Source: Dehalococcoidia bacterium
Lineage (GTDB): Bacteria; Chloroflexota; Dehalococcoidia; Lucifugimonadales; UBA3495
Length of the DNA stretch: 64,000 bases
Reading direction: 5' to 3'
Assembly (NCBI GenBank): GCA_965262595.1
Contig: OZ253548.1
Span: forward strand, 1,371,740-1,435,739
The position numbers and the translations under genes are program-made. Positions 8,816 through 18,031 of this stretch are shown here, one piece after another. How positions within the stretch are numbered: position 1 is the first letter of the stretch; every line of letters starts with the position of its first letter. The notes under the pieces are model-generated. The model did not search any database and was not told the origin of the DNA. It worked only from the letters and a program-made list of their open reading frames with translations.

Positions 8816-11581
8816 TTGAGCCAAATTAACGACTCGACATTAGAAGGTAACCCAACCGAAAGCCACTTTCCCGGCCCGGCTTCCGGCCATTTGGATGGTC
8901 CGCCGCCTGGTTCATCTTCCGGCCTGTTGAATCGGTTGAAGGGAAGAGCGCTATTGGCTTTGCCGAGGCGGTCGTCCTGTGTGCGCTTCCTGACCTTTAG
9001 ATGGCGGCCCGGCTGGTACGAAGCCGGGTTCCTGGCCCTAATATTAGCCGCCCTGGGGCTGCGTCTGTGGGACCTGGAAAGTCGTACAATGCACTACGAC
9101 GAGGCAATCCACCTTTACTACTCCTGGCAGCTAGTCAACTTCGGGGAATACATCCATTCTCCCTGGATGCACGGGCCGTTCCAGATTGAGTTAGTCGCCC
9201 TGTTCCTGAAACTGCTGGGCGATACGGATTTCATTGCCCGGCTGGCCTATGTCCTGTTCGGGACGGCGCTGGTCGGGTTGCCTTACCTCCTGCGGAATGA
9301 CCTGGGCCGGGCCGGCGCCCTGCTAACCGGTGTTTTGCTCACCGTATCCCCGGCGCTGCTGTATTTCAGCCGGTTTGGCCGTAACGACATTATTATGGCC
9401 TTTCTGGCCGCGACCTTGTTCATCTTGATGTGGCGGTACTTTCGCGGCAGCAAGGACCGCTATCTCTACTTGGCCTCGGCGGTGTTGGCCCTTATCTTCG
9501 CCACCAAGGAAACCTCTTATATCATCACCGTGATATTTGGGTCGTTGGCCTTTTTACTAGCCCTGACCCAGCTTGCTCCCTGCCTGTTCAGGCACGCCCG
9601 CTTCGCCGACCTGACCGGGCCAGCCGGGTTCCTGGTCTTGCTGTTTACCCTGACATTGCCCCAATGGTCGGCGGCAATATCTCTGTCTCAAGACTGGCTG
9701 GGGCTGACGCTGGTGAACCTGGACGGGGTAACCAACGGCATTGTAGGCGCCCCCCATTGGGAAGCTCCCTTTGTGCAATTGCCGCTACTTAACGCTCCGA
9801 TGTGGCTTCACGGGTTGGCCTTGCTCCTGTTCGTCGGCGTCTTCTTCGTGTTTGCCCGGAGACACTCCGGGGCCTGGCAGCGCCGGTTGGTCCTGTTTTT
9901 AATTCCGGTGGCGATGGTGAACGCCACTGTCCTGCTGCTGACCCGTCCTTCCGGAGGAAACCTGGACCTGTATGTTGCCGGAGCCATCATCTTAATTTGC
10001 GTTGCCGCGTTCAGCTGCTTTCGCTTTTCCTGGAACCGGAGCTTCACGCTGCTGCTGGCCCCCTGCCTGCTGACCGCCCTCTATGCCGTCCTTTTCTTGC
10101 AGGTACTTAATGTTGATGCGCTGCTGTTGCGAGTACTGCCCGACGGGGTTGAAGTAGTCAGCAGCGGCAACGGCATTCCGTTGAACTTTATTGCGGCCGG
10201 AGGGACGCTGGCGATTACCGCCCTGGCCTCGGTATGGTTGGGCCTGAGCTGGAAAGGAGGGGTTTGGCTGGTCTGCGCCGGCATCTTTTATCTCATCTGG
10301 GTAACCCTTTACACCACCTTTTTTACCAACTTCGCCGGTTTATTCAGCGGCGTCTGGCAGGGTATGGGGTACTGGATCGCCCAACAGGAAGTGGCCCGAG
10401 GCAACCAACCCTGGTACTACTACTTTGTGGGGCTGTCGGTGTACGAGTCTCTGCCGTTTATATTCGGGATTGTCGGAGGGTATATTTCCCTGAAACGAGG
10501 CGACCTGATCGGCCTGGCCCTGGCCTTTTGGACCGGAATTAATCTCCTGGCCTACACCCTGGCCAGCGAAAAGATGCCCTGGCTGCTGGTAAATATCACC
10601 CTGCCTTTTATATTCCTGGCAGGCAAATTGCTCGGAGAATTGGTGGAGCAGGTTCCCTGGCGAAGCATCAGAGCGTGGAAACCGTTGCCGTTGCCGTTAT
10701 TACTGCTGGCGCTGCCTCCCCTGGCAGTTGTTGGCTGGGTTTGGCTGGTAATTTCCTACGTAAACCTGGAAACGGCAAGCTGGGAAGCGGCCTTCAACTC
10801 TCCCCAAGTCACTATTCAGATTGGAGTAGCCCTTCTTGCCGCGCTTCTGGCAGTGGCGTCGGCCTGGCTGGTACGGAGGAGCGGGTCCGGCGCCGGTATC
10901 GCGCTGACCGTTTTGGGGGGCGCCGCCCTGCTGCTGGGATTCACCTCGTTTACCGCCTATCGCGCGGTTTACACCTACGACGATTCCCATCCGGAAATCC
11001 TGATTTACGCGCAGGGCAGCGCCGACCTGCAAGAGACCTACCGGGAGCTGGATGCTCAGATATTAACCAGGGCCAAGTCGGACGGCCTGTCTGCTCCGGT
11101 GCAGGTGGACTACGACCTCTGGTATCCCTTTCAATGGTACGTGCGTCACTCGGAGCGGGACGGCCTGCTCCGTTTCGCCAACTTCAAGGACGCGCCGGAG
11201 CCAAGGCATTCCGGTTCCAATCCGGCGGAAGATGGAGCCGGAGATGGAGCCGGAGATGGAGCCGGAGATGGACCGGAGGCCGCCGCCTTGCTCTTGACCA
11301 ATGTTCACGGGGACCGGGATACGGGCCGATTGACCAACTACCGGCGGGACGGGCCAAAAAGCAACCTGCTGTGGTTTCCGGAGAGCTACCGGCGGCCAGG
11401 AGAGAACCGGCAATCGGAACCCTGGCGGGAAGAGTTGGCTAAAGACCTGGCCTTTTTCAGGGAGGCCGCCACCCAGCGGAAATACTGGCGCGGCGCCCTG
11501 AATTATCTGATTTACCGCCAACTGGATGCCGACTGGTTCAAATCGGAATACTACAGCTACTTGCCCCGGGAAACCAGGTGA
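8816..11581 (+). CDS. TIGR03663-type membrane protein with PMT/GT39-like N-terminus (putative glycosyltransferase)
   Basis: 921 aa and polytopic. The invariant DE and HGP motifs are present (MHYDEAIHL..., PWMHGPFQ). It lies directly after the YYY protein. The start codon is uncertain (TTG). Confidence 0.7.
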   Translation: MSQINDSTLEGNPTESHFPGPASGHLDGPPPGSSSGLLNRLKGRALLALPRRSSCVRFLTFRWRPGWYEAGFLALILAALGLRLWDLESRTMHYDEAIHLYYSWQLVNFGEYIHSPWMHGPFQIELVALFLKLLGDTDFIARLAYVLFGTALVGLPYLLRNDLGRAGALLTGVLLTVSPALLYFSRFGRNDIIMAFLAATLFILMWRYFRGSKDRYLYLASAVLALIFATKETSYIITVIFGSLAFLLALTQLAPCLFRHARFADLTGPAGFLVLLFTLTLPQWSAAISLSQDWLGLTLVNLDGVTNGIVGAPHWEAPFVQLPLLNAPMWLHGLALLLFVGVFFVFARRHSGAWQRRLVLFLIPVAMVNATVLLLTRPSGGNLDLYVAGAIILICVAAFSCFRFSWNRSFTLLLAPCLLTALYAVLFLQVLNVDALLLRVLPDGVEVVSSGNGIPLNFIAAGGTLAITALASVWLGLSWKGGVWLVCAGIFYLIWVTLYTTFFTNFAGLFSGVWQGMGYWIAQQEVARGNQPWYYYFVGLSVYESLPFIFGIVGGYISLKRGDLIGLALAFWTGINLLAYTLASEKMPWLLVNITLPFIFLAGKLLGELVEQVPWRSIRAWKPLPLPLLLLALPPLAVVGWVWLVISYVNLETASWEAAFNSPQVTIQIGVALLAALLAVASAWLVRRSGSGAGIALTVLGGAALLLGFTSFTAYRAVYTYDDSHPEILIYAQGSADLQETYRELDAQILTRAKSDGLSAPVQVDYDLWYPFQWYVRHSERDGLLRFANFKDAPEPRHSGSNPAEDGAGDGAGDGAGDGPEAAALLLTNVHGDRDTGRLTNYRRDGPKSNLLWFPESYRRPGENRQSEPWREELAKDLAFFREAATQRKYWRGALNYLIYRQLDADWFKSEYYSYLPRETR

Positions 11582-11763
11582 CCGGTAATCGCAACCCTCG
11601 TCCGGCTCCATACCGGCGCTGCTGCCATCGAGGGTGAGCACTTCAACCCGTTTGGACTTTACCGGAAGCGGCTCGGGCCGGGGCCATACAGTAGTGGTAT
11701 TATGGTAACGGTGAATGGCGACCGGGCCGGGGCAGCAGACCGACCGGACTAAAGGCTGATATC

Positions 11764-12891
11764 TTGACCATCAACAACTGGCAACTCTGGTTAAGCCTGG
11801 CAGTAAGCGCGCTGCTCCTGGTTCTCCTGGTTTTTAGCATTGACGCAAGAGAGCTGGTCAACGTCCTGAGGGAAGCCAACTATCTATATGTAATACCGGC
11901 CATCGGACTCTATTTCGTGGCGGTCTATTTCCGGGCGGCCCGTTGGCGCTACCTGTTGTCGCCCCTGGGCGCCATCCCGGTGGGACGGCTCTACCCGGTG
12001 GTGATAATTGGCTATGCCGCCAACAACCTGCTGCCGGCCCGGTTGGGCGAACTGGTACGTGCCTACTATCTGGCCCAACGGGAATCGGTCAGCGGCAGCG
12101 CCGCCCTGGCCACCATCGGAGTGGAGCGCATCTATGATGGGCTGACTCTTTTGGCCTTTGGCGCGGCGACCGCGCCGCTGCTGTTACTGTTGGGGGAGTT
12201 CGACGAGGCCGGAAGCGCTTACCGGACTACGGCCCTGCTGATTTCCGCAGCAATCGGGGTGGTTTTCCTGGCGGCGTTGGCCTCGGTCACCCTGTTGGCG
12301 ACCAGACCGGGACTGGTCCGGGGGATCGACCGGCTACTGAACTTGCTGCCGGCCCGGGTTAGCCCCAAACTCATCGAACTGGCCCACGGGTTCATCCTGG
12401 GATTAAGTATCCTGAATTCCCCCGGACAGCATGCCCAATTATTCCTGCGCTCCCTGCCGGTGTGGTTGATTGAAGGTGCGGTGTACCTGGTCCTGGCCTA
12501 TTCTTTCAACCTTCAGCAGTACCTTGGAGCCTTATGGATCTTGCTGCCGGTAGCACTGTTGGTTACCGCTACTTCCAATCTGGCTACGGCCATCCCCGCT
12601 TCTATTGGAGGGATCGGGCTTTTTGAGGTAGCGACGCAGCAGACTCTGATCGGCGCGGGCGTGGCCGCCGAGACCGCCACCGGCTATGCTTTGGCGCTGC
12701 ACCTGGTAGCCCTCTGGCTGCCGGTAAGCCTGGCCGGCTTGGCATTGCTATGGAAAGAGAACCTGTCCCTTGGAAAGCTTGCTACCGCTCCGAAGCCCAC
12801 CGCCGCAGCTTCGAATTCGGGACAATCCGATGCGGAAAACAGCGAACCTATCCGGCTGGACCGGCCCAAACCCAAGGAAGATACACCATGA
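11764..12891 (+). CDS. UPF0104 / lysylphosphatidylglycerol-synthase-TM-region-like (flippase-like) membrane protein
   Basis: 375 aa and polytopic with a RWRYLL-type motif. The stop overlaps the next start (ATGA). Confidence 0.65.
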   Translation: MTINNWQLWLSLAVSALLLVLLVFSIDARELVNVLREANYLYVIPAIGLYFVAVYFRAARWRYLLSPLGAIPVGRLYPVVIIGYAANNLLPARLGELVRAYYLAQRESVSGSAALATIGVERIYDGLTLLAFGAATAPLLLLLGEFDEAGSAYRTTALLISAAIGVVFLAALASVTLLATRPGLVRGIDRLLNLLPARVSPKLIELAHGFILGLSILNSPGQHAQLFLRSLPVWLIEGAVYLVLAYSFNLQQYLGALWILLPVALLVTATSNLATAIPASIGGIGLFEVATQQTLIGAGVAAETATGYALALHLVALWLPVSLAGLALLWKENLSLGKLATAPKPTAAASNSGQSDAENSEPIRLDRPKPKEDTP

Positions 12892-14213
12892 GAGTGGGAA
12901 TTATTGGCGGCGGCGCAGCGGGGCTGGCGGCCGCCTACGAACTAACCAGCCAAGGTCATTACGCGGAAGTGTTCGAAGTCGCCCCCTTTCTTGGCGGTCA
13001 AGCTTCCACCTTTGACGTTGGCGGCGGGCAATTGGAACGGGGCTACCACCACCTGTTCGTCAGCGACACCGCAATCACCGAACTGATTCATGAGCTGGGA
13101 CTGGGCCACAAACTTGCCTGGCTGGAATCCAAGGTCGGCCTTTACCATAGCGGACGCATCTGGGACTTTGCCACTCCCCTGGACTTGCTGCGGTTCAAAC
13201 CCCTGTCCCTGGGGCAGCGTATCCGCCTGGGGTTGTGGACTTTTGCGCTGCAGAAAACGCGTAACTGGCAGAAATTCGAAGGCGTCACCGCCCAGGACTG
13301 GCTTACCCGCCATCTGGGTCAGGAGATTTATCAGACCATCTGGGAGCCAATGCTGCGAGGCAAGTTCGGCGAGTTTTACAGTCAGGTAAGCATGGCTTGG
13401 CTTTGGGGCAAGATATACCTGCGGGTGGCTTCCCGGCGTAATGCGCTGCAAAAGGAGCGCCTGGGCTATCCAATGGGGAGTTTCGGAGAGGTTTTTGACC
13501 GGCTGGAGGAGCGCATAATCCAGCAGGGCGGAGCGGTCCATCTGTCGTCCCGAGTCAGCCGGGTAGTGATGGACGACGGGGTGGCCGTCGGCCTGGAAGT
13601 GCAGCTATCGGGAAAGGAACCGGAGGTCAAGAGCTACGACGCGGTCATCGCCACCACACCCTCCTATGTTTTCACTCGCCTGGTTCCCCAAATGCCCCAG
13701 GACTACCTGGACAAGCTGGTCAACGTTCGCTATTTGTCGGCGGTGCTGATGATTCTGACCCTGGACCGGCCCTTGTCCGGCAAGTATTGGCTGAACGTAG
13801 CCGACCGCACCCTGCCCTTCGTCGGAGTCATCGAACATACCAATATGATTGACCCGGCCCTCTATGGTGGACGGCACATCGTTTACTTGACCAACTACAC
13901 TCCCCGAGAGAGCGACCTTTACCAAAAGAGCGGCTCGGAACTGCTGGAGGATTTTATCCCCCACTTGCAGAAAATCAACCCTGATTTTGACCGCTCCTGG
14001 ATTCAGGAGTACTACCATCATAAGGTTGACGGAGCACAGCCGATAATTGGAGTGAATTACAGCCGGGAGATACCGGACCACCGGACGCCCTTCAAGCATC
14101 TGTACCTGGCAAATACCACCCAAATATATCCGGAGGACCGGGGCACCAATTATTCCGTGCGGATGGGCCGACAAGTGGCCCAACTGTTGTTGGGGGATTT
14201 GACCGCCGGGTAA
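12888..14213 (+). CDS. NAD(P)/FAD-dependent oxidoreductase (amine oxidase / phytoene desaturase-like)
   Basis: The dinucleotide-binding start MRVGIIGGGAAGLAAAYEL is at the internal ATG 12888. The longer track ORF (from 12750) overlaps the previous gene. Confidence 0.75.
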   Translation: MRVGIIGGGAAGLAAAYELTSQGHYAEVFEVAPFLGGQASTFDVGGGQLERGYHHLFVSDTAITELIHELGLGHKLAWLESKVGLYHSGRIWDFATPLDLLRFKPLSLGQRIRLGLWTFALQKTRNWQKFEGVTAQDWLTRHLGQEIYQTIWEPMLRGKFGEFYSQVSMAWLWGKIYLRVASRRNALQKERLGYPMGSFGEVFDRLEERIIQQGGAVHLSSRVSRVVMDDGVAVGLEVQLSGKEPEVKSYDAVIATTPSYVFTRLVPQMPQDYLDKLVNVRYLSAVLMILTLDRPLSGKYWLNVADRTLPFVGVIEHTNMIDPALYGGRHIVYLTNYTPRESDLYQKSGSELLEDFIPHLQKINPDFDRSWIQEYYHHKVDGAQPIIGVNYSREIPDHRTPFKHLYLANTTQIYPEDRGTNYSVRMGRQVAQLLLGDLTAG

Positions 14214-14319
14214 CCCGTCCGGAAGCTACCCCCACCGCCAATTTCAGGTTGCGATTAAAGGGCCGGTTCAACGTCGGAAAGGCTTTGAGTCTTTCAAAAG
14301 TCACAGCTTGGGAATATTT

Positions 14320-14340
14320 CCGCTCACCCTGAGCGGTTTT
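14320..14340 (+). terminator. intrinsic terminator
   Basis: The hairpin is CCGCTCA-ccc-TGAGCGG followed by TTTT, about 100 nt after the oxidoreductase stop. Confidence 0.6.
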
Positions 14341-14520
14341 CTAAATACAATTTAAAGACTCTGATCGAAAGACTTTGGGTAGATGCATTGTCCTTTTGAG
14401 ACTGATATAATGCTAGAGCTGACATCGATTTAACCCGGGCAATTGCACGGCAGGCCGGACCCAACGCCACCGGACCGACACCCGGAAAAGCCGGTTGCCG
14501 TATGAAACCAAGCTAATTAG

Positions 14521-14772
14521 TTGAACTGGAGCGCATCAGTGCTGAAGAAGACGAGCGAAACCACTCCCGCCAATACCAATAATAGCGGACAGAGCCGCCG
14601 CAGTTTCCTTGCCAAGCTGGGAATCGGGGCCGCCGCATTAACCGCCGTTTCGGTCGGGTTAGTACGCTTTGGCCGGAAACCTACTTCGAACTTGGCCCAG
14701 GAGCTTCCCGGCCCCACATCCATCTTCCATCCGGCTCAAGACCCGAGGCTGGATCCCCGGCGGAACGGCTAA
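14521..14772 (+). CDS. small hypothetical protein with twin-arginine (Tat) signal
   Basis: It has SRRSFLAKLGIGAAALTA. The likely true start is GTG 14539, after GGAG. Confidence 0.35.
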   Translation: MNWSASVLKKTSETTPANTNNSGQSRRSFLAKLGIGAAALTAVSVGLVRFGRKPTSNLAQELPGPTSIFHPAQDPRLDPRRNG

Positions 14773-14963
14773 AGCCACCTTCCACCTTTCCCGCGCGCAA
14801 GTTTTCCGGTCTTCCCCGGTTATATCGGGTTGCATTGTGCTGCGCCTTGTCCAAACCCGGGTTTGGGCAGTGAAGGGAAATCGGGCGGCGTATCGAACCT
14901 GGAGAGACCTCACTCCCCAAATGCGTGCAACTGTGGGCCGCCGGGGCTATCCGACAACCGGAG

Positions 14964-16811
14964 TTAGCTGCGTCCGAACTCGCGCTCCATGTGGTAGGAA
15001 CTGAAGTGTATCACCGTGGGGCGGCCGTGAGGACAAGTGTGGGGGCTATCCGTCACTTCCAACTGCTCCAGCAAGGAGCGCATCTCGGCATCGGTCATAG
15101 ATTGGCCGGCGCGTATGGCGCTGTGGCAGGCAACCGAGGCGGCCAGTACGTCATCCCGCTCCCGCAACAAACCCTCGAAGGCCACCAGGTCCAGCACGTC
15201 CAAAAGCGACTTGCCCGGATCTCGGGTGGTCAATATGGACGGCACCGCGCGTACCAGATAGCTGCTATCCCCGAAGTGCTCCAGTTCAAAGCCGTAAGCC
15301 CCCAGAAACTCCCGATTTCCGTCCAGAGTCTCGATCTGCCCCGGCGTTAAGTCCACCGGGGCCGGAGCCAGCAGCGGTTGCGATTGGGCTTCCCGTTGGG
15401 CGGCGCGCCGGATTATGCGGTCAAACAACACCCGCTCATGGGCGGCGTGCTGGTCCACCAAATACATTCCGTCGGGGCTTTCCGCCACGATGTAAGTGAG
15501 CCTGACCTGGCCCACCACCCTTAGAGCCGGTAAAGCTTGCTGCGGCGTAAGGGCCGCATCCGGTGGCCCGACCCCATCCAGGCTGTTGCCGCCGCTATAA
15601 CTGCTCCTGCCGTAGTTGCCAGCGTTTCGGACATCGTTGCCGCTGCCGCCGCTCGCTGACTGGGATATGTCAGAACCGTCAGGGCCAAGGGAGCCGGTAC
15701 TCCCGGTATCAAATGGGCTACGGAAGAAACCGGGTCCCACTGACGCGGAAAGCCCAGAACCCGGCGACGGCGTCCCCCGGCCCGGCCCGCGCATATCCCG
15801 CACTGGCGCAGTGGCAACCAGAGCCGACCGCACGGCCCGCTGCAACGACGAATAAACCTTACCTTCCTGGTGGAATCGAACCTCTCGTTTGGCCGGATGG
15901 GAGTTAACGTCCACTTCGCCAAAGGGTAGGGTCAAGTTCAGCGCTGCCAGGGGGTATCGCTTTTCGGGCAGCAACCCGCGGTAAGCGTCCTCCAGGGCAA
16001 AGGAAAGGGTTCTACTCTGAATCCAGCGGCGGTTGACGAAAAAGGTCATATAAGTCCGGTTGGCCCGGTGAAGACTGGGGGCGCTGACCAATCCCTCAAT
16101 CCGGTAGCCGACTGACGGCTCTTCACTGTCAACTTCCAGCATACCGGCGGCCACCTCCGCGCCGTACACCGCCAACAGCGCCTCGGTCAATTTGCCGTTG
16201 CCTGAGGTAGAAAGCGCCTGCCGGTCGCCCACGGTTAGCCGGAAGCTAATTTCGGGGTAGGCGAGAGCATAACGGGAAATCAGGTTGTGGACTCGTGCAG
16301 CCTCCGCAGCCGGAGACTTGAGAAACTTGCGGCGGGCGGGCAAGTTGCCGAAGAGGTCGGCAACAACAACCGAGGTTCCCGGAGGGCAACCCTGAATACC
16401 GTCCCGAATCGGATTGCCCCAGGCAAATTCAATAGAATGCCCCAGGTCGGCGCCTGCCGGGCGGGTGGTCATGGTTATCCGGGACACGGCGGCCATACTG
16501 GGAATGGCTTCCCCGCGAAAGCCCAGGGTAGCGATGGCGTCCAGGTCTTCCGGGGAGATTAGTTTACTGGTGGCGTGATGCTGAAAGGCTAAAGATACGT
16601 CGGTGGCGGCGATGCCGGAACCGTCATCGGTAACCCTTATCTGCTCGATGCCGCCGCCCTTTATTTCGACGGTGATCCGGGTGGAGCCGGCGTCAATGGA
16701 GTTTTCCAGCAACTCCTTGACCACCGACACCGGACGTTCCACGACCTCGCCGGCGGCAATCTGGGCGGCCAACTCCGGAGGTAACACTTTAATGGCCGGC
16801 GGGATGGTCAT
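14964..16811 (-). CDS. mutL: DNA mismatch repair protein MutL
   Basis: The GHKL ATPase N-terminus reads AAGEVVERPVSVVKELLENSIDAG. The first ATG is at 16811; the track start at 16835 is TTG. Confidence 0.9.
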   Translation of the reverse strand: MTIPPAIKVLPPELAAQIAAGEVVERPVSVVKELLENSIDAGSTRITVEIKGGGIEQIRVTDDGSGIAATDVSLAFQHHATSKLISPEDLDAIATLGFRGEAIPSMAAVSRITMTTRPAGADLGHSIEFAWGNPIRDGIQGCPPGTSVVVADLFGNLPARRKFLKSPAAEAARVHNLISRYALAYPEISFRLTVGDRQALSTSGNGKLTEALLAVYGAEVAAGMLEVDSEEPSVGYRIEGLVSAPSLHRANRTYMTFFVNRRWIQSRTLSFALEDAYRGLLPEKRYPLAALNLTLPFGEVDVNSHPAKREVRFHQEGKVYSSLQRAVRSALVATAPVRDMRGPGRGTPSPGSGLSASVGPGFFRSPFDTGSTGSLGPDGSDISQSASGGSGNDVRNAGNYGRSSYSGGNSLDGVGPPDAALTPQQALPALRVVGQVRLTYIVAESPDGMYLVDQHAAHERVLFDRIIRRAAQREAQSQPLLAPAPVDLTPGQIETLDGNREFLGAYGFELEHFGDSSYLVRAVPSILTTRDPGKSLLDVLDLVAFEGLLRERDDVLAASVACHSAIRAGQSMTDAEMRSLLEQLEVTDSPHTCPHGRPTVIHFSSYHMEREFGRS

Positions 16812-16897
16812 AGAATTGTCCCTGCCGTCGGGCAAAACTAGCGGGCTGACTGATTCGCTACAACTAATACGCCTGAAAAGTAACCGCGGCCGTCAGG

Positions 16898-17335
16898 TTA
16901 AAATAGGGGCAGGACGGTGCCTTTGGCGCGATACTGCTTATCTTCCGAGGTGCCTTCCTTGGCAAAATCGCACACCATTTGATAAACGCGGTCCATCTGT
17001 TGGTCCACGTTACGGGCAAAGAAGTACGGAGGAACCCAGGCGCCGCCAAAAGCGGCCACCACTTCCGGGTAGTCGTCAATTACAAAATCCGGTTCACAGG
17101 GAATCTTCAATTCCTCCAGCCGCTCAAGAAAGTGGTGGGTCGGTTTCTCATAGACGCCGCTGATGAAGGGATTAAGATCGTGCTTTTCGATCACTTCCCA
17201 GCGTTCTCCCATACCGGACCAAATGTAGATTTCATGGTTGTCGTCCAAGAGTTTTTGAAAGGTTTCCTTGGTACCCGGTCGCAAAGTGTCGTCCAGCCCG
17301 AGGATGGTGTAATCCACATCAAAAAATATCTTCAT
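16898..17335 (-). CDS. HAD-superfamily hydrolase-like protein
   Basis: The DxDxT motif sits at the N-terminus (MKIFFDVDYT). Confidence 0.55.
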   Translation of the reverse strand: MKIFFDVDYTILGLDDTLRPGTKETFQKLLDDNHEIYIWSGMGERWEVIEKHDLNPFISGVYEKPTHHFLERLEELKIPCEPDFVIDDYPEVVAAFGGAWVPPYFFARNVDQQMDRVYQMVCDFAKEGTSEDKQYRAKGTVLPLF

Positions 17336-17488
17336 CTGCCGACGCCAATCTCCCCACAAAAATGCCCTATGAGATTATCACAAAAACTAATATATAAGCA
17401 AGGGCAACATTGAAACGTAACGGTAGTGTCACCCCGCGACTCGTTGCGAACCCGGCCCAACCTAAACCCCCGCGACCAACTCCCGGCG

Positions 17489-17860
17489 TCAGCCGGCGTC
17501 AATTCCCGCATCGGTCAAGGCTTGACCGATGACGTTCAAGTTAGCGCCGATAAGCAATTTGCCGCCCAACCGGGTCACCGGACGCCGGATTAAGCGCGGT
17601 TCCTGAAGCATCAGTCTCAACAATTCGGCGTCGGGTAGTTCCTGCCCGGCCAAGCCCAACTTCTTCAGGCTGGGACTACGCCAGGCAAACAGCTCAGACA
17701 GCGGCGCCAGCGTGGCAAGGTGGTTAATTTCCGTCTCGCTGAAGGGTTCCTTAAAGAAATCCCGTTCCTCCAATTCCAGTCCCTTTTGTAAGAGCAACTC
17801 CCTTACCTTGCGGCAGGAAGATCAACGGGGCCACCAGAAAAACTCTGCCTTTTCGCTCAT
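17489..17860 (-). CDS. ArsC/Spx-family thioredoxin-fold protein with in-frame TGA (candidate Sec) at codon 13
   Basis: The track ORF 17489..17797 starts at an internal TTG. The same frame continues to ATG 17860, which follows GAGGTG. The N-terminus reads MSEKAEFFWWPR-[TGA 17824..17822]-SSCRKVRELLLQKG, which matches the family CxxC(R/K)KA motif. Confidence 0.65.
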
Positions 17861-18031
17861 ACACACCTCGGGCGAGCCTGCTTTCTTTACCTGTATTTGA
17901 CTAGCTCTCCAGGCTCCGGCTCACCGCCACCGATATTTTAGCCATTGTGGTCAAGAAACTGAAAGCGTTGAGCGGGCCATTGTTGGAGCAATTGCAAAGC
18001 GGTTGAGCCGCTGGTTATCCGGGCCGGGGAT

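Noticed and set aside
12750-12887. 5' extension of the FAD oxidoreductase ORF
   Set aside because: It overlaps the end of the preceding membrane-protein gene. The Rossmann start MRVGIIGGGAAG at 12888 forms an ATGA overlap typical of translational coupling.
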